64,000 bases of DNA from Chitinophagaceae bacterium (GTDB lineage: Bacteria; Bacteroidota; Bacteroidia; Chitinophagales; UBA10324). The notes under the pieces are model-generated. The model had not been told where the DNA came from. It worked only from the letters and a program-made list of their open reading frames with translations, and ran no database searches. Numbering within the stretch: the first letter of the stretch is position 1; the number at the start of each line of letters is the position of its first letter. Both the position numbers and the translations under genes were made by a program. This document shows positions 28,839-37,865 of the stretch, piece by piece. The stretch lies in contig JADKFU010000005.1 in NCBI GenBank assembly GCA_016717285.1, positions 1,735,319 to 1,799,318 of the forward strand, read 5' to 3'.

Positions 28839-28920
28839 TACCGGAACTGCTGAAGATTTGCATGCATCATGCAATCACCATTAGCCGAAGAACTATAAAA
28901 ATTAATCTGACAATTGAACT

Positions 28921-30387
28921 TCACTTTGTTTTCGCCGCCACCGAATAAGGATCCACACTCATTTCAGGACGATATGGTGTTATAAACTCCAGTGTATTCA
29001 GGTCAATAAATTTCATGTATCCATTTCTTCCGCCACAATCCGACACATGATGTGGTGCCGGTCCACTCGGATTTACATTGCGGTTGGCAACCATCACGAG
29101 TCCTTCCTCCTCATCCACTGAAATGCCGTGTGGCTCAAACAATCCCGACTGCAGCACTTTCAATACAGTCAGATCATTGTAATCAATCACATACACAGAA
29201 CCTTTGCACAAGGATTCACTGCAGGGATCTTCCATACAGGTTACAAAAAGATATGGTTTGGTAGTTGCCATTGTCATTTCAACAGGGTAGTGGCCTACCG
29301 GGATAATGGCGATTAAGGTATCTGTTTGCGCATCCATCACCCTTACTTCATCAGAAGCTTCACACGTTACAAAATATCTTGACTCATTGGGCGACAACAT
29401 AATTTCATGCGGATCTAACGTGCCTTGAATAGTATTGGGTTGCTGTCCGGGCTTTAAAACCACTTTGTCAATTTCAGGAAAGGATGGATTGCTGATCCCA
29501 ATCTTATAAATATAATTGCCATACTGCGCGGAAACATACAGCGTAGTAAAAGAATTATTCAACCAACTGCCATGTGGATTTGCAAATAAGCCGCTGCCCT
29601 GATAATATTGTTTAAACAACATGTTTTCTAAATCAACATAAGCAATTTTACCTTCATCATCAAAATCAACTACAAATGCTTTTGTTCCATCTGATGAAAT
29701 TGCCATCGTATTCCAGTTTCCAGGACCAATTTCTATTTGACCAACCAAAGAATCATCAGATGTTCTGAATTTCTGAACCACCGTACCGGCAACAAAACAA
29801 GCGTACCAGTATTGTCCGTCAGGTGATACTTTTAATTGATGTGGTACTTCAATGCCAGTTAAAACACCAACATCGATATATCGCATGGCCAGCAAAGTCT
29901 TCGTGTCGAAAACCGCAACAAGGTCACAGCCCTGGTTCGACACATAAAATTTCTTTCTGTTCGGGTCACCTGAAAATGCGATATGGCCATTTACGTCTGG
30001 TGCACCGGCAGTAATCCAATCATTCAAGGTATAATATTCCGCATCTGTAAGGGCAGGAGCATTAAAGGGCATGGTTGGCGTCAAAGCAACGCCACGATTT
30101 GTATCCGTATTTATATAGTACATAAACCAACTCTGGTCGGGACGGTAAGGAATTACAACAGAACCACCAGTGCCACCCTGGAATAACTGCTCCCAGGTTT
30201 CCATGGCTAATCCTCCGGCAGCGCCTTTGGATTTTTCATTGTGGCAACCACTGATCGAACATTTGGTGTTTAATATTTTTCCAACCTCAGAAGGGAAATT
30301 GGAAACATCAACTTCCGATGACTTATCCTTTTTACAACCCTGAATAATAAACAGCAGGAGAGATGCTGCAATCAAATACTTATTCAT
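28921..30387 (-). CDS. Lipoprotein with N-terminal PSCyt1-like (cytochrome-c-like) segment and a beta-propeller body
   Basis: Lipobox IIQGCKK. KILNTKCSISGCHNEKSKGAAGGLAMETWEQLFQGGTGGSVVIPYRPDQS resembles the planctomycete-type cytochrome c domain but has CX4CH. Repeated hydrophobic/Asp-Gly blades (SPDGQYWY, SSDGTKAFV, SPNESRYFV) suggest a YVTN/YncE-like propeller. Confidence 0.6.
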   Translation of the reverse strand: MNKYLIAASLLLFIIQGCKKDKSSEVDVSNFPSEVGKILNTKCSISGCHNEKSKGAAGGLAMETWEQLFQGGTGGSVVIPYRPDQSWFMYYINTDTNRGVALTPTMPFNAPALTDAEYYTLNDWITAGAPDVNGHIAFSGDPNRKKFYVSNQGCDLVAVFDTKTLLAMRYIDVGVLTGIEVPHQLKVSPDGQYWYACFVAGTVVQKFRTSDDSLVGQIEIGPGNWNTMAISSDGTKAFVVDFDDEGKIAYVDLENMLFKQYYQGSGLFANPHGSWLNNSFTTLYVSAQYGNYIYKIGISNPSFPEIDKVVLKPGQQPNTIQGTLDPHEIMLSPNESRYFVTCEASDEVRVMDAQTDTLIAIIPVGHYPVEMTMATTKPYLFVTCMEDPCSESLCKGSVYVIDYNDLTVLKVLQSGLFEPHGISVDEEEGLVMVANRNVNPSGPAPHHVSDCGGRNGYMKFIDLNTLEFITPYRPEMSVDPYSVAAKTK

Positions 30388-30442
30388 GAGGAGGGAGATA
30401 ATTTTTTTCGCACCCGAAATTACAAAATAGATTTAAACATAC

Positions 30443-30883
30443 TCACTTGTATGTTTTTATACGAAGTTCATTCTTATCTAAATTAATTACAGCGCCATAA
30501 TCCACCAGCACATCACAGCCCAGCACGCCATCAATAGGAGGCAGTTGAATCAGGTTGTAAGTTTCATTCACATGCTGAAGATCAAGCACAGCCACTTTAA
30601 GTTTCTTCAATTTCAATTTCCCGACACTGAGATTTTCAATGTCAGTGAATTCGCTTTGAATGGTGTTTGTGCCTACACCCGTTGTAAGTTGTTCATTTAT
30701 TTCAAGTTTCAATTCAGGAAGTCTTTCGCTGATGAATTTCTTATCGAGCACCGTTTTGGAAGCACCTGTGTCAATCAATAATCGTAGAGCGTGCTTACCT
30801 AATTTTCCTTTCACAAATAGGTGAAACCCTTCTTCCTGCAAGCTCACAGCTTTGATCGGAATATGAATTTTATTTTTTTTCAT
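30443..30883 (-). CDS. Retropepsin-like aspartic protease (clan AA)
   Basis: LLIDTGASKTVL active-site motif in a 146-aa single-domain protein. Confidence 0.75.
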   Translation of the reverse strand: MKKNKIHIPIKAVSLQEEGFHLFVKGKLGKHALRLLIDTGASKTVLDKKFISERLPELKLEINEQLTTGVGTNTIQSEFTDIENLSVGKLKLKKLKVAVLDLQHVNETYNLIQLPPIDGVLGCDVLVDYGAVINLDKNELRIKTYK

Positions 30884-30922
30884 AGTAGTAGTCTTGAGGG
30901 GAAAACAATTGCAATAAAAATG

Positions 30923-30955
30923 AAAAGCGCAGGAAGCAATACTCCTGCGCCTTTT
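30923..30955 (-). terminator. Stem-loop terminator downstream of mdh (bidirectional shape)
   Basis: GCGCAGGA-AGCAATAC-TCCTGCGC, flanked by AAAA on one side and CTTTT on the other. Confidence 0.6.
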
Positions 30956-31000
30956 ACCTGTTTGTGTTATTCAAGTTGACGATCACCTTGTGGAAAAATT

Positions 31001-31939
31001 CTACGCAATCAACTTCATATTATCCAATACCGCCATCACTTCTTTTACGGAAGCGGCCGAGTCACTCAACAACTTCATTTCTGCCGCATTCAGGTTCAGT
31101 GTGATAATTTCTTCAATGCCCTTTTTTCCAAGCTTAACCGGAACACCTAAATAAATATCTTTCAATCCGTATTCACCTTGCAGCCAGGCGCAACATGGAT
31201 AAATGCGTTTCTCATCTTTAACAATGGCTTCCACCATCTGCGCTGCTGCTGCTCCGGGAGCATACCAGGCACTGGTTCCCATGAGGTTAACCAGTTCACC
31301 ACCGCCTTTTTTTGTCCTTTCAATGATAGGATTAAGTTTCTCTTCTGAAATAAGGTCGGTAACCGGAATGCCGGAAACGGTAGTATATCGTGGCAAAGGA
31401 ACCATCGTATCGCCATGGCCGCCCATTAAAACAGCCTGAATATCCTTAGGAGAACAATTGAGTGCTTCAGCAAGGAATGCTTTGTAACGTGCTGTATCCA
31501 GAATGCCTGCCATTCCAAAAACACGGCTCGGATCAATCTTCGCAGTAAGGTAAGCGCAATAGGTCATTACGTCCAATGGATTCGACACCACAATGATGAT
31601 AGTATCCGGCGAATGTTGCATCACCTGTTCTGTTACCGATTTCACAATTCCGGCATTGGTTGAAATCAGGTCATCACGGCTCATGCCCGGCTTACGCGGA
31701 AGACCTGAAGTAATAACTACTACATCTGAATTTTTTGTTGCAGCGTAGTCGTTGGTCACACCCTTCACTCGTGTATTAAACATGTTGATCGGTGAAGTTT
31801 GCCAGATGTCCAGTGACTTGCCTTCAGCAATTCCCGGCTTAATGTCTACCAATACCACTTCATGAACGTAATCATTGCGTGCAATCACATCAGCACATGT
31901 TGCACCAACATTTCCTGCTCCTACTACGGTAACTTTCAT
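31001..31939 (-). CDS. mdh: Malate dehydrogenase
   Basis: MKVTVVGAGNVGATCA Rossmann motif, ITSGLPRKPGMSRDDL, and GGHGDTMVP of LDH-like MDH. Confidence 0.95.
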   Translation of the reverse strand: MKVTVVGAGNVGATCADVIARNDYVHEVVLVDIKPGIAEGKSLDIWQTSPINMFNTRVKGVTNDYAATKNSDVVVITSGLPRKPGMSRDDLISTNAGIVKSVTEQVMQHSPDTIIIVVSNPLDVMTYCAYLTAKIDPSRVFGMAGILDTARYKAFLAEALNCSPKDIQAVLMGGHGDTMVPLPRYTTVSGIPVTDLISEEKLNPIIERTKKGGGELVNLMGTSAWYAPGAAAAQMVEAIVKDEKRIYPCCAWLQGEYGLKDIYLGVPVKLGKKGIEEIITLNLNAAEMKLLSDSAASVKEVMAVLDNMKLIA

Positions 31940-32192
31940 TTGAATTGAGTTTTAACGCGTTAAAAAAGTGCGCGCAAAAATAGAAAACAAAATCCACGTG
32001 CTACGGTAGGCAGCGAAATTTTCTGAAAGTCCTGAAATTTTCTGATGTCGATAATCTTTAAATCAAGATAATACCAGGCGCATTCCGCTATCTTATCACT
32101 GTATTTTTTTGCCAAACACATGCTGCAATCACTGTTGATTGCACTATGCTTATTTGCCGAACGGGTGCATACCAAATTGTCACTAAATGGAA

Positions 32193-32280
32193 CCTTCATG
32201 CCGAATTTATTTTCCGGAAGATGCTGCGGACGGCATCTCTGCCAAATCGGGAGATTCCGAAATAAATTCGGAATGACAGC
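32193..32280 (+). repeat. Solitary degenerate copy of the M1-hairpin-M2 repeat family
   Basis: CCTTCATGCCGAATTTATTTTCCGGAAGATGCTGCGGACGGCATCTCTGCCAAATCGGGAGATTCCGAAATAAATTCGGAATGACAGC aligns along its length with the unit at about 3440..3527. It retains the perfect hairpin ATTCCGAA-ATAAA-TTCGGAAT (32254..32274). Confidence 0.65.
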
Positions 32281-32403
32281 TATGACTTTACTTTTTTCCA
32301 ACCATCAACGCGACAATTTGTTATGCAACCCTGTCGAACAAGCGAATGGTAATTTAGTGTGATTTTAATATCTTTACCGCTTATTACCCCAACAAAAACT
32401 TCC

Positions 32404-33822
32404 ATGAAATTTTCATTCTTCCTGACAATAATTTTGATTAGTTTTTTCACTGTTAATGCACAACAACCCTGCGGAACGCCATTAACCGATGAAATGAAAG
32501 CCAGGCTGATTGAATATAGTCTTCATAAGTCTGATTATGAAGGATCAAACAGTGACCGGGTAATGCGGTTTGTTCCCATCAAATTCCATATTGTAGGGAA
32601 AACAAATGGATCGGGCCATTATCTTTTAGCCGACATCTGGCCATTGCTTTGCGAACTAAATACAAAATATGCTCCGGCCGGATTCTACTTTTATCTATTT
32701 GGTGACGTTCATTATATTGACAACGATGAATATTTTGATCATGATTTTAATTCAGGAGATCAGATGATGAATGATAACAATGTTAGTGACGTTGCAAACA
32801 TATACATCGTTGATGATCCTGCAGGTTATTGTGGTTATTACACTTATGGCCAGGATGCCATTTCAGTTGCAAAAAGCTGCAATGCTCCGGGAAGTACCAC
32901 ACTTGCTCATGAGTTAGGTCATTATTTCTCATTGCCTCATCCGTTTGATATTGTAGGAAGTCAGAAAGAATATGTGAATGGAAGCAATTGCAGTTTCGCT
33001 GGTGATATGTTTTGTGATACCCGTGCTGATTTCCTCGACTACCGTTGGAGTTGCCCTTTTACAGGTTCTGATACTGATCCAAATGGAGATGTGTATGATC
33101 CTGATGAAACGTTGTTCATGAGTTACTCTTATGACAATTGTCAAAATAAATTCTCCAATGAGCAAATTGCTGCGATGAATTATAATCTTACATTCCAGCG
33201 TGCTGACTTGTTGAATCATCCGCCTCCTGATATTACTCCGATTACAGGAGTTGAGCAATTAACTTATCCTATTGATTCTGTCAACAATATTCCTCACGAT
33301 TTTGTAGAGTTCAAGTGGCAACCTGTAACGGGTGCTGATTACTATCATCTTCAGGTAACAAGAGCTCCAACTTTTGCAGGAGAACCTACTGATATGGATA
33401 TGCTGATTCATGGCACTGCAATTACTACAGCACTTGATCCTGATAAAAAATATCACTGGAGAGTTTTACCGTTGAAGGATGGATATACCTGCACCACATG
33501 GTCTCCTACTGAAACTTTTTTTACGGTACTGGGAACAGGTTTGAATGAAACGGTTTATCCTGAAGAAAACTTTGCGATTTATCCAACTCTTTTCAAAGCA
33601 GGCAATCAGTTATCAATCTCCCTGAACGCTATGAAAAGCGGGAATGCAGTAGTTAGCTTTATTTCACCTAATGGAATTGTTCTGACAGAAATGACTGCAA
33701 ATTTGGTTGCGGGAGAGAACAACTGGAAAATTTCAACTGAAGGATTTGCGAGTGGTATGTACCTGATAAACGTTCGGTCTGAAGGCAATATTTACCAGCA
33801 AAAAGTTATCGTAATGCAATAA
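32404..33822 (+). CDS. Metzincin zinc metalloprotease (M43/pappalysin-like) with T9SS CTD
   Basis: HELGHYFSLPHPF (HExxHxxxxxH). ATG at 32404 gives the signal peptide MKFSFFLTIILISFFTVNAQQ. C-terminus GMYLINVRSEGNIYQQKVIVMQ. Confidence 0.75.
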   Translation: MKFSFFLTIILISFFTVNAQQPCGTPLTDEMKARLIEYSLHKSDYEGSNSDRVMRFVPIKFHIVGKTNGSGHYLLADIWPLLCELNTKYAPAGFYFYLFGDVHYIDNDEYFDHDFNSGDQMMNDNNVSDVANIYIVDDPAGYCGYYTYGQDAISVAKSCNAPGSTTLAHELGHYFSLPHPFDIVGSQKEYVNGSNCSFAGDMFCDTRADFLDYRWSCPFTGSDTDPNGDVYDPDETLFMSYSYDNCQNKFSNEQIAAMNYNLTFQRADLLNHPPPDITPITGVEQLTYPIDSVNNIPHDFVEFKWQPVTGADYYHLQVTRAPTFAGEPTDMDMLIHGTAITTALDPDKKYHWRVLPLKDGYTCTTWSPTETFFTVLGTGLNETVYPEENFAIYPTLFKAGNQLSISLNAMKSGNAVVSFISPNGIVLTEMTANLVAGENNWKISTEGFASGMYLINVRSEGNIYQQKVIVMQ

Positions 33823-33839
33823 CAACTATCAGCATTGGA

Positions 33840-34745
33840 CTAAAGCCTGATCTTGTCTTCCACTTCTTTTTTTTGTGCATGCTGTGCTACAAATTCAATA
33901 ATCTTTCCCGCAATATCTAAACCTGTTGCCTGTTCAATGCCCTTAAGTCCGGGAGAAGAATTCACCTCTAATATCATCGGGCCTCGTGACGAACGAAGCA
34001 TATCTACTCCTGCAATTTTTAACCCGAGCAGGTCAGCCGCACGTATAGCAGAAAGTTCCTCTTCTACTGATAGCTTCACGATAGTTCCTGATCCACCACG
34101 GTGAAGATTTGAACGGAATTCTCCGTCCACGCCTTGACGCTTCATAGCGCCAACTACTTTGCCGTTAATTACAAAAGCGCGAAGGTCAACACCATTCGCT
34201 TCTTTTATAAATTCCTGCACGAGAATATAAATATCCTGTCCGAGAAAGGCTTCAATAATTGATTTGGCTCCGCGATTGGTTTCCGCAAGCACCACACCAA
34301 TGCCTTGTGTGCCTTCCAGTAATTTTACAACCAATGGTGTTCCACCCACCATTTTTATGAGGTCATCTACATTGCGTGAATTGTCGGCAAATACTGTTTT
34401 AGGTATGCCAAGACCTGCACGTGATAGCAACTGCAGGCTTCTGAGCTTATCCCTCGATCGTACAATTGCTTGAGATTCATTGGCTGAAAAGATGCGCATC
34501 ATTTCAAATTGTCGGACAATAGCAGTTCCATAAAAAGTAACCGAGGCGCCAATTCTTGGAATTACAGCATCAATGTTTTTTACCTCTTTGCCCCCAAAGT
34601 GAATAGATGGTTTTGCTTTCTCAATAGAAACATAACATTTTGTATGATCAAGCAGCACAGGTTGATGACCAGCAGCAACTGCAGCGGCTATCAACCTTTC
34701 AGTTGAATAGAGCTTTGAATTTCTTGACAGGATGGCGATTCGCAT
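33840..34745 (-). CDS. rimK: RimK-family alpha-L-glutamate ligase (ATP-grasp)
   Basis: [22 protein letters not shown] and ATP-grasp motifs ([23 protein letters not shown]). Confidence 0.9.
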   Translation of the reverse strand: MRIAILSRNSKLYSTERLIAAAVAAGHQPVLLDHTKCYVSIEKAKPSIHFGGKEVKNIDAVIPRIGASVTFYGTAIVRQFEMMRIFSANESQAIVRSRDKLRSLQLLSRAGLGIPKTVFADNSRNVDDLIKMVGGTPLVVKLLEGTQGIGVVLAETNRGAKSIIEAFLGQDIYILVQEFIKEANGVDLRAFVINGKVVGAMKRQGVDGEFRSNLHRGGSGTIVKLSVEEELSAIRAADLLGLKIAGVDMLRSSRGPMILEVNSSPGLKGIEQATGLDIAGKIIEFVAQHAQKKEVEDKIRL

Positions 34746-34821
34746 GTTGTGTAAAAGATTGAGATTGAAACTAAAAAACTACGGGATGTAATTCATGCTT
34801 GATTTTAAGGAATCGCATTGT

Positions 34822-35358
34822 CTATAAAATTCCATATTTAATTTCTTTCTTTTTTTCGCTTCGCATTGTTTTCATTTTTTCATGATAGGATAAATTCTGC
34901 CTGGTCACATCAATAATAAACCTGTCGCGCAAAACTTTTCTCCCCAACAAAACCGGATTTTTCATTGTTGACCTGTCAGTAAGTGCTAACTCTATTACAT
35001 AATTTTTGTCGAACAGGCAAATGGTGGTCTTAATAGTATACCGATAGGCTATCTGACCGAATGAATTTTTAACCTGCTTGCTGGCGAAAACTTTGCATTC
35101 CTGCGTATTCGGTTTATCTGCATCATAAACTGTAAATCGGACAGTATGTGCGCCATTCTTGTAAAAGGCGGTAATGTTATCGCAATGAATGGAAGAGGTA
35201 TAAGCGCCGCTGTCTATTTTAGCATCAATGTTATAAAGTCCCCATTCCGGAAAATCAATTTTGTCTGTCCGGCCGATGGTAAGTTTTTGCCTGCTTTTCA
35301 TTTGGTAAAGATTGTAAATTTTGAAAGGAACTTTAGCTGTGCTCAGGTTGTAATGCAT
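34822..35358 (-). CDS. RimK-associated putative ATP-dependent zinc protease (DUF785/retropepsin-like)
   Basis: TIGRTDKIDFPEWGLYNIDAKIDSGAYTSSIHC, with the usual position upstream of rimK. An alternative start at 35301 (MKSRQKL) is plausible. Confidence 0.75.
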   Translation of the reverse strand: MHYNLSTAKVPFKIYNLYQMKSRQKLTIGRTDKIDFPEWGLYNIDAKIDSGAYTSSIHCDNITAFYKNGAHTVRFTVYDADKPNTQECKVFASKQVKNSFGQIAYRYTIKTTICLFDKNYVIELALTDRSTMKNPVLLGRKVLRDRFIIDVTRQNLSYHEKMKTMRSEKKKEIKYGIL

Positions 35359-35512
35359 TTTTAAAATTTTTAAGCTACTGTTTGATTTAGAAATTCTTTC
35401 TGTCTGATTCCTTCAGTATAAGTTGGTAGTAGTATCTTTAATCCTTCTCCGCATCTTAAAAGCTGGATAGCAAATTTTAAAGACAAAGAAATAGCAATCG
35501 TTAAAAGAAGAA

Positions 35513-36613
35513 ATGAGCAAGCAAGGAAAAATATTGGTGGCTATGAGTGGCGGCATCGACAGTACGGTGGCTGCTGTTATGCTTCACAATGAAGGATATG
35601 AAGTGGTAGGCATTACCATGAAAACATGGGATTATGCTTCATCCGGAGGTTCTAAAAAGGAAACAGGATGCTGTAATCTCGATTCGATCAATGATGCGCG
35701 GCAACTTGCTGTTGACCTGGGCTTCGCTCATTATATTGTTGATATTCGGGAAGAATTTGGCGATGCCGTGATAGAGAATTTTGTGGAAGAATATATTGCA
35801 GGCAGAACACCGAATCCGTGCGTGCTTTGTAATACACACATTAAGTGGACTGCTTTGCTTAAGCGTGCAAAACAGATGGATTGTGAATTTATCGCAACAG
35901 GGCATTATGCTCAACTGCGGGAAGAAAATGAACGCTATGTAATTTCAAAGGGAGTGGATGACTGGAAAGATCAGTCGTATGTTTTGTGGGGACTTGCTCA
36001 GGAAAACCTTGCAATGAGCCGTTTCCCGTTAGGTGGATTTCATAAAAAGGACATTCGCAAAATGTGTATGGAATGGGGTTATACTGATCTTGCAAAAAAG
36101 AGCGAATCCTATGAAATTTGTTTTATTCCTGACAATGATTACCGCGGATTTTTAAAGCGAAGAGTGCCTGACCTGGAAGCAAAAGTGAATGGTGGAAAAT
36201 TTGTAAACTCAAAAGGAGAAGTAGTTGGAACGCATGAAGGATATCCTTTTTTCACTATTGGTCAGCGCAAAGGGCTTGGCATCGCTTTCGGCAAACCCAT
36301 GTTTGTTACAGATATTATTGCCGAAACAAATACTGTCGTGCTTGGAGAAGAAGAAGACCTGCAACGGACCGGGATGATAGTAGGAGGGATCAATCTTCAG
36401 AAGTACGCAACCATCATTGATGGACTTGAAGCAACGGCAAAGGTTCGTTATAAAGACGCAGGAACATCCTGCCGTTTATATAATGATGGAAAAAAAATCA
36501 GGGCGGAATTTGAAGGTGAAGTAAAGGGTGTTGCACCCGGTCAGTCAGCAGTTTTTTATGAAGGAAATGATGTGATTGGCGGCGGTATCATTCACTCAAG
36601 TTTTACAGTTTAA
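35513..36613 (+). CDS. mnmA: tRNA 2-thiouridine(34) synthase MnmA
   Basis: ILVAMSGGIDSTVAA PP-loop, NPCVLCN, and DQSYVLW. Confidence 0.95.
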   Translation: MSKQGKILVAMSGGIDSTVAAVMLHNEGYEVVGITMKTWDYASSGGSKKETGCCNLDSINDARQLAVDLGFAHYIVDIREEFGDAVIENFVEEYIAGRTPNPCVLCNTHIKWTALLKRAKQMDCEFIATGHYAQLREENERYVISKGVDDWKDQSYVLWGLAQENLAMSRFPLGGFHKKDIRKMCMEWGYTDLAKKSESYEICFIPDNDYRGFLKRRVPDLEAKVNGGKFVNSKGEVVGTHEGYPFFTIGQRKGLGIAFGKPMFVTDIIAETNTVVLGEEEDLQRTGMIVGGINLQKYATIIDGLEATAKVRYKDAGTSCRLYNDGKKIRAEFEGEVKGVAPGQSAVFYEGNDVIGGGIIHSSFTV

Positions 36614-36623
36614 TTAAATCAGG

Positions 36624-37346
36624 ATGAAGATTGCAGGAAACTCAGGAAAAATAATTCAGTGTGTCTTTTTCTGTATCCTAATGCTATGCATTGCATTTAT
36701 CTATTCAGCCTGTAAAAAATCTTCCATCGATCCTGTCCCGATAGATCAAAGTTATTTCCCGTTAACAACAGGCAAATACATTATTTATGATGTTGATTCC
36801 ATTGTGTTTAGTGATTTCTTTGATACAACTGATACGGCGCATTATCAATTGATGGAATTAGTGGATAGTTCATTTCTGGATGCATCAAATCAAGAGGCAT
36901 TCCGGATTATAAGGAGCAGGAGAAGCACTCCGGTTGATGACTGGGTGGTTACTGATATCTGGTCAGCTAACTTAACTGAGAACACTGCTGAAAAAGTGGA
37001 AGAGAATCTTCGGTTTGTAAAACTGAATTTTCCGGTTCTGTTGGATAAAAAATGGAAAGGGAACAGCCTTATAAATACTGATAGCCCTCTGGTGTATCTT
37101 GCTGATTGGGAATATGAATATACTGACGTAAATACGATACTCGAAATTGATACTGCGTCTTATGATTCCGTTGTTACAGTAACGCAGTACGAGGATATCA
37201 ATGCCATCCAAACAACATTTTATCAGGAGAAGTATGCGAAAAATATTGGGCTAATCTATAAGGAAGAACAAAATTTTGAAACGCAACCTCCGCCTCATTA
37301 TAAGAATGGTTACATCTTAACCATGAAGATTAAGGAGCACAATTAA
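36624..37346 (+). CDS. Hypothetical lipoprotein
   Basis: The signal peptide ends in IYSACKK (lipobox). No recognisable domain. Confidence 0.5.
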   Translation: MKIAGNSGKIIQCVFFCILMLCIAFIYSACKKSSIDPVPIDQSYFPLTTGKYIIYDVDSIVFSDFFDTTDTAHYQLMELVDSSFLDASNQEAFRIIRSRRSTPVDDWVVTDIWSANLTENTAEKVEENLRFVKLNFPVLLDKKWKGNSLINTDSPLVYLADWEYEYTDVNTILEIDTASYDSVVTVTQYEDINAIQTTFYQEKYAKNIGLIYKEEQNFETQPPPHYKNGYILTMKIKEHN

Positions 37347-37391
37347 TACCATTGTGCATGCTCAGGAAAAAGACGGAATCTGTTTTTCCAT

Positions 37392-37718
37392 TTATAGTAT
37401 TTCCTTTTCGAACCCATAATCACGTTCAACTTTGCAGATTCGGGTTTTATAAGCAGCATACCATTTTTGTTTTCCCGTTAACTGCGCAAACACGTGCTCA
37501 CTGTTTTTCTTCCAGTTACTGATGGCTTCTAAACTTTCCCAATAGGAAACGGTAATTCCAAGTTCTTCCCTTGCGCTTTCCATGCCTAGATATCCAGGTT
37601 GCTCCCTTGCAAGAAGTTCCATTCGCTCTGACATATTTTCGTAACCTTCAATGTCACCGGTTTTAATGGACGTAAAAACAACGGCATAGTAGGGAACAGG
37701 AGGAGTCGGGGCTATCAT
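37392..37718 (-). CDS. Antibiotic-biosynthesis-monooxygenase (ABM) domain protein
   Basis: YYAVVFTSIKT...GYLGMESARE..GITVSYWESLEAISNWKKNSEH, a typical ABM ferredoxin-like fold pattern. Confidence 0.75.
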   Translation of the reverse strand: MIAPTPPVPYYAVVFTSIKTGDIEGYENMSERMELLAREQPGYLGMESAREELGITVSYWESLEAISNWKKNSEHVFAQLTGKQKWYAAYKTRICKVERDYGFEKEIL

Positions 37719-37865
37719 CAGTTTGTTATTTAATGTACTATCGTTCGATTATTGGAATAGAAATTCAACCTTGAACTAAAAAAATTATGGTGAGAAATAC
37801 TTTCCAGGTATTTTAATTGAGCAATGTTGTCTTGAATTTCATAAGCAGATGTTTATTTATAAAAA

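Noticed and set aside
28543-28924. Overlapping ORFs encoding poly-Gly/Pro proteins (106, 123, 76 and 84 aa).
   Set aside because: They lie entirely within the homopolymer-run block. All frames on both strands are open because of composition alone, and there are no credible starts or domain content.
28484-28925. Direct-repeat flanks of block 1 (TTAATCT..CTTCAC on both sides) as target-site duplication of an insertion.
   Set aside because: The similarity is short and gapped, well within chance for AT-rich spacer. It is mentioned only as weak support for a noisy-join artefact.
31960-32362. ORFs of 113 aa (-) and 80 aa (+) in the mdh/metalloprotease spacer.
   Set aside because: They read through the degenerate repeat unit (the peptide VIPNLFRNL is repeat-encoded), are Cys/Arg-rich with odd composition, and lack signal or domain features.
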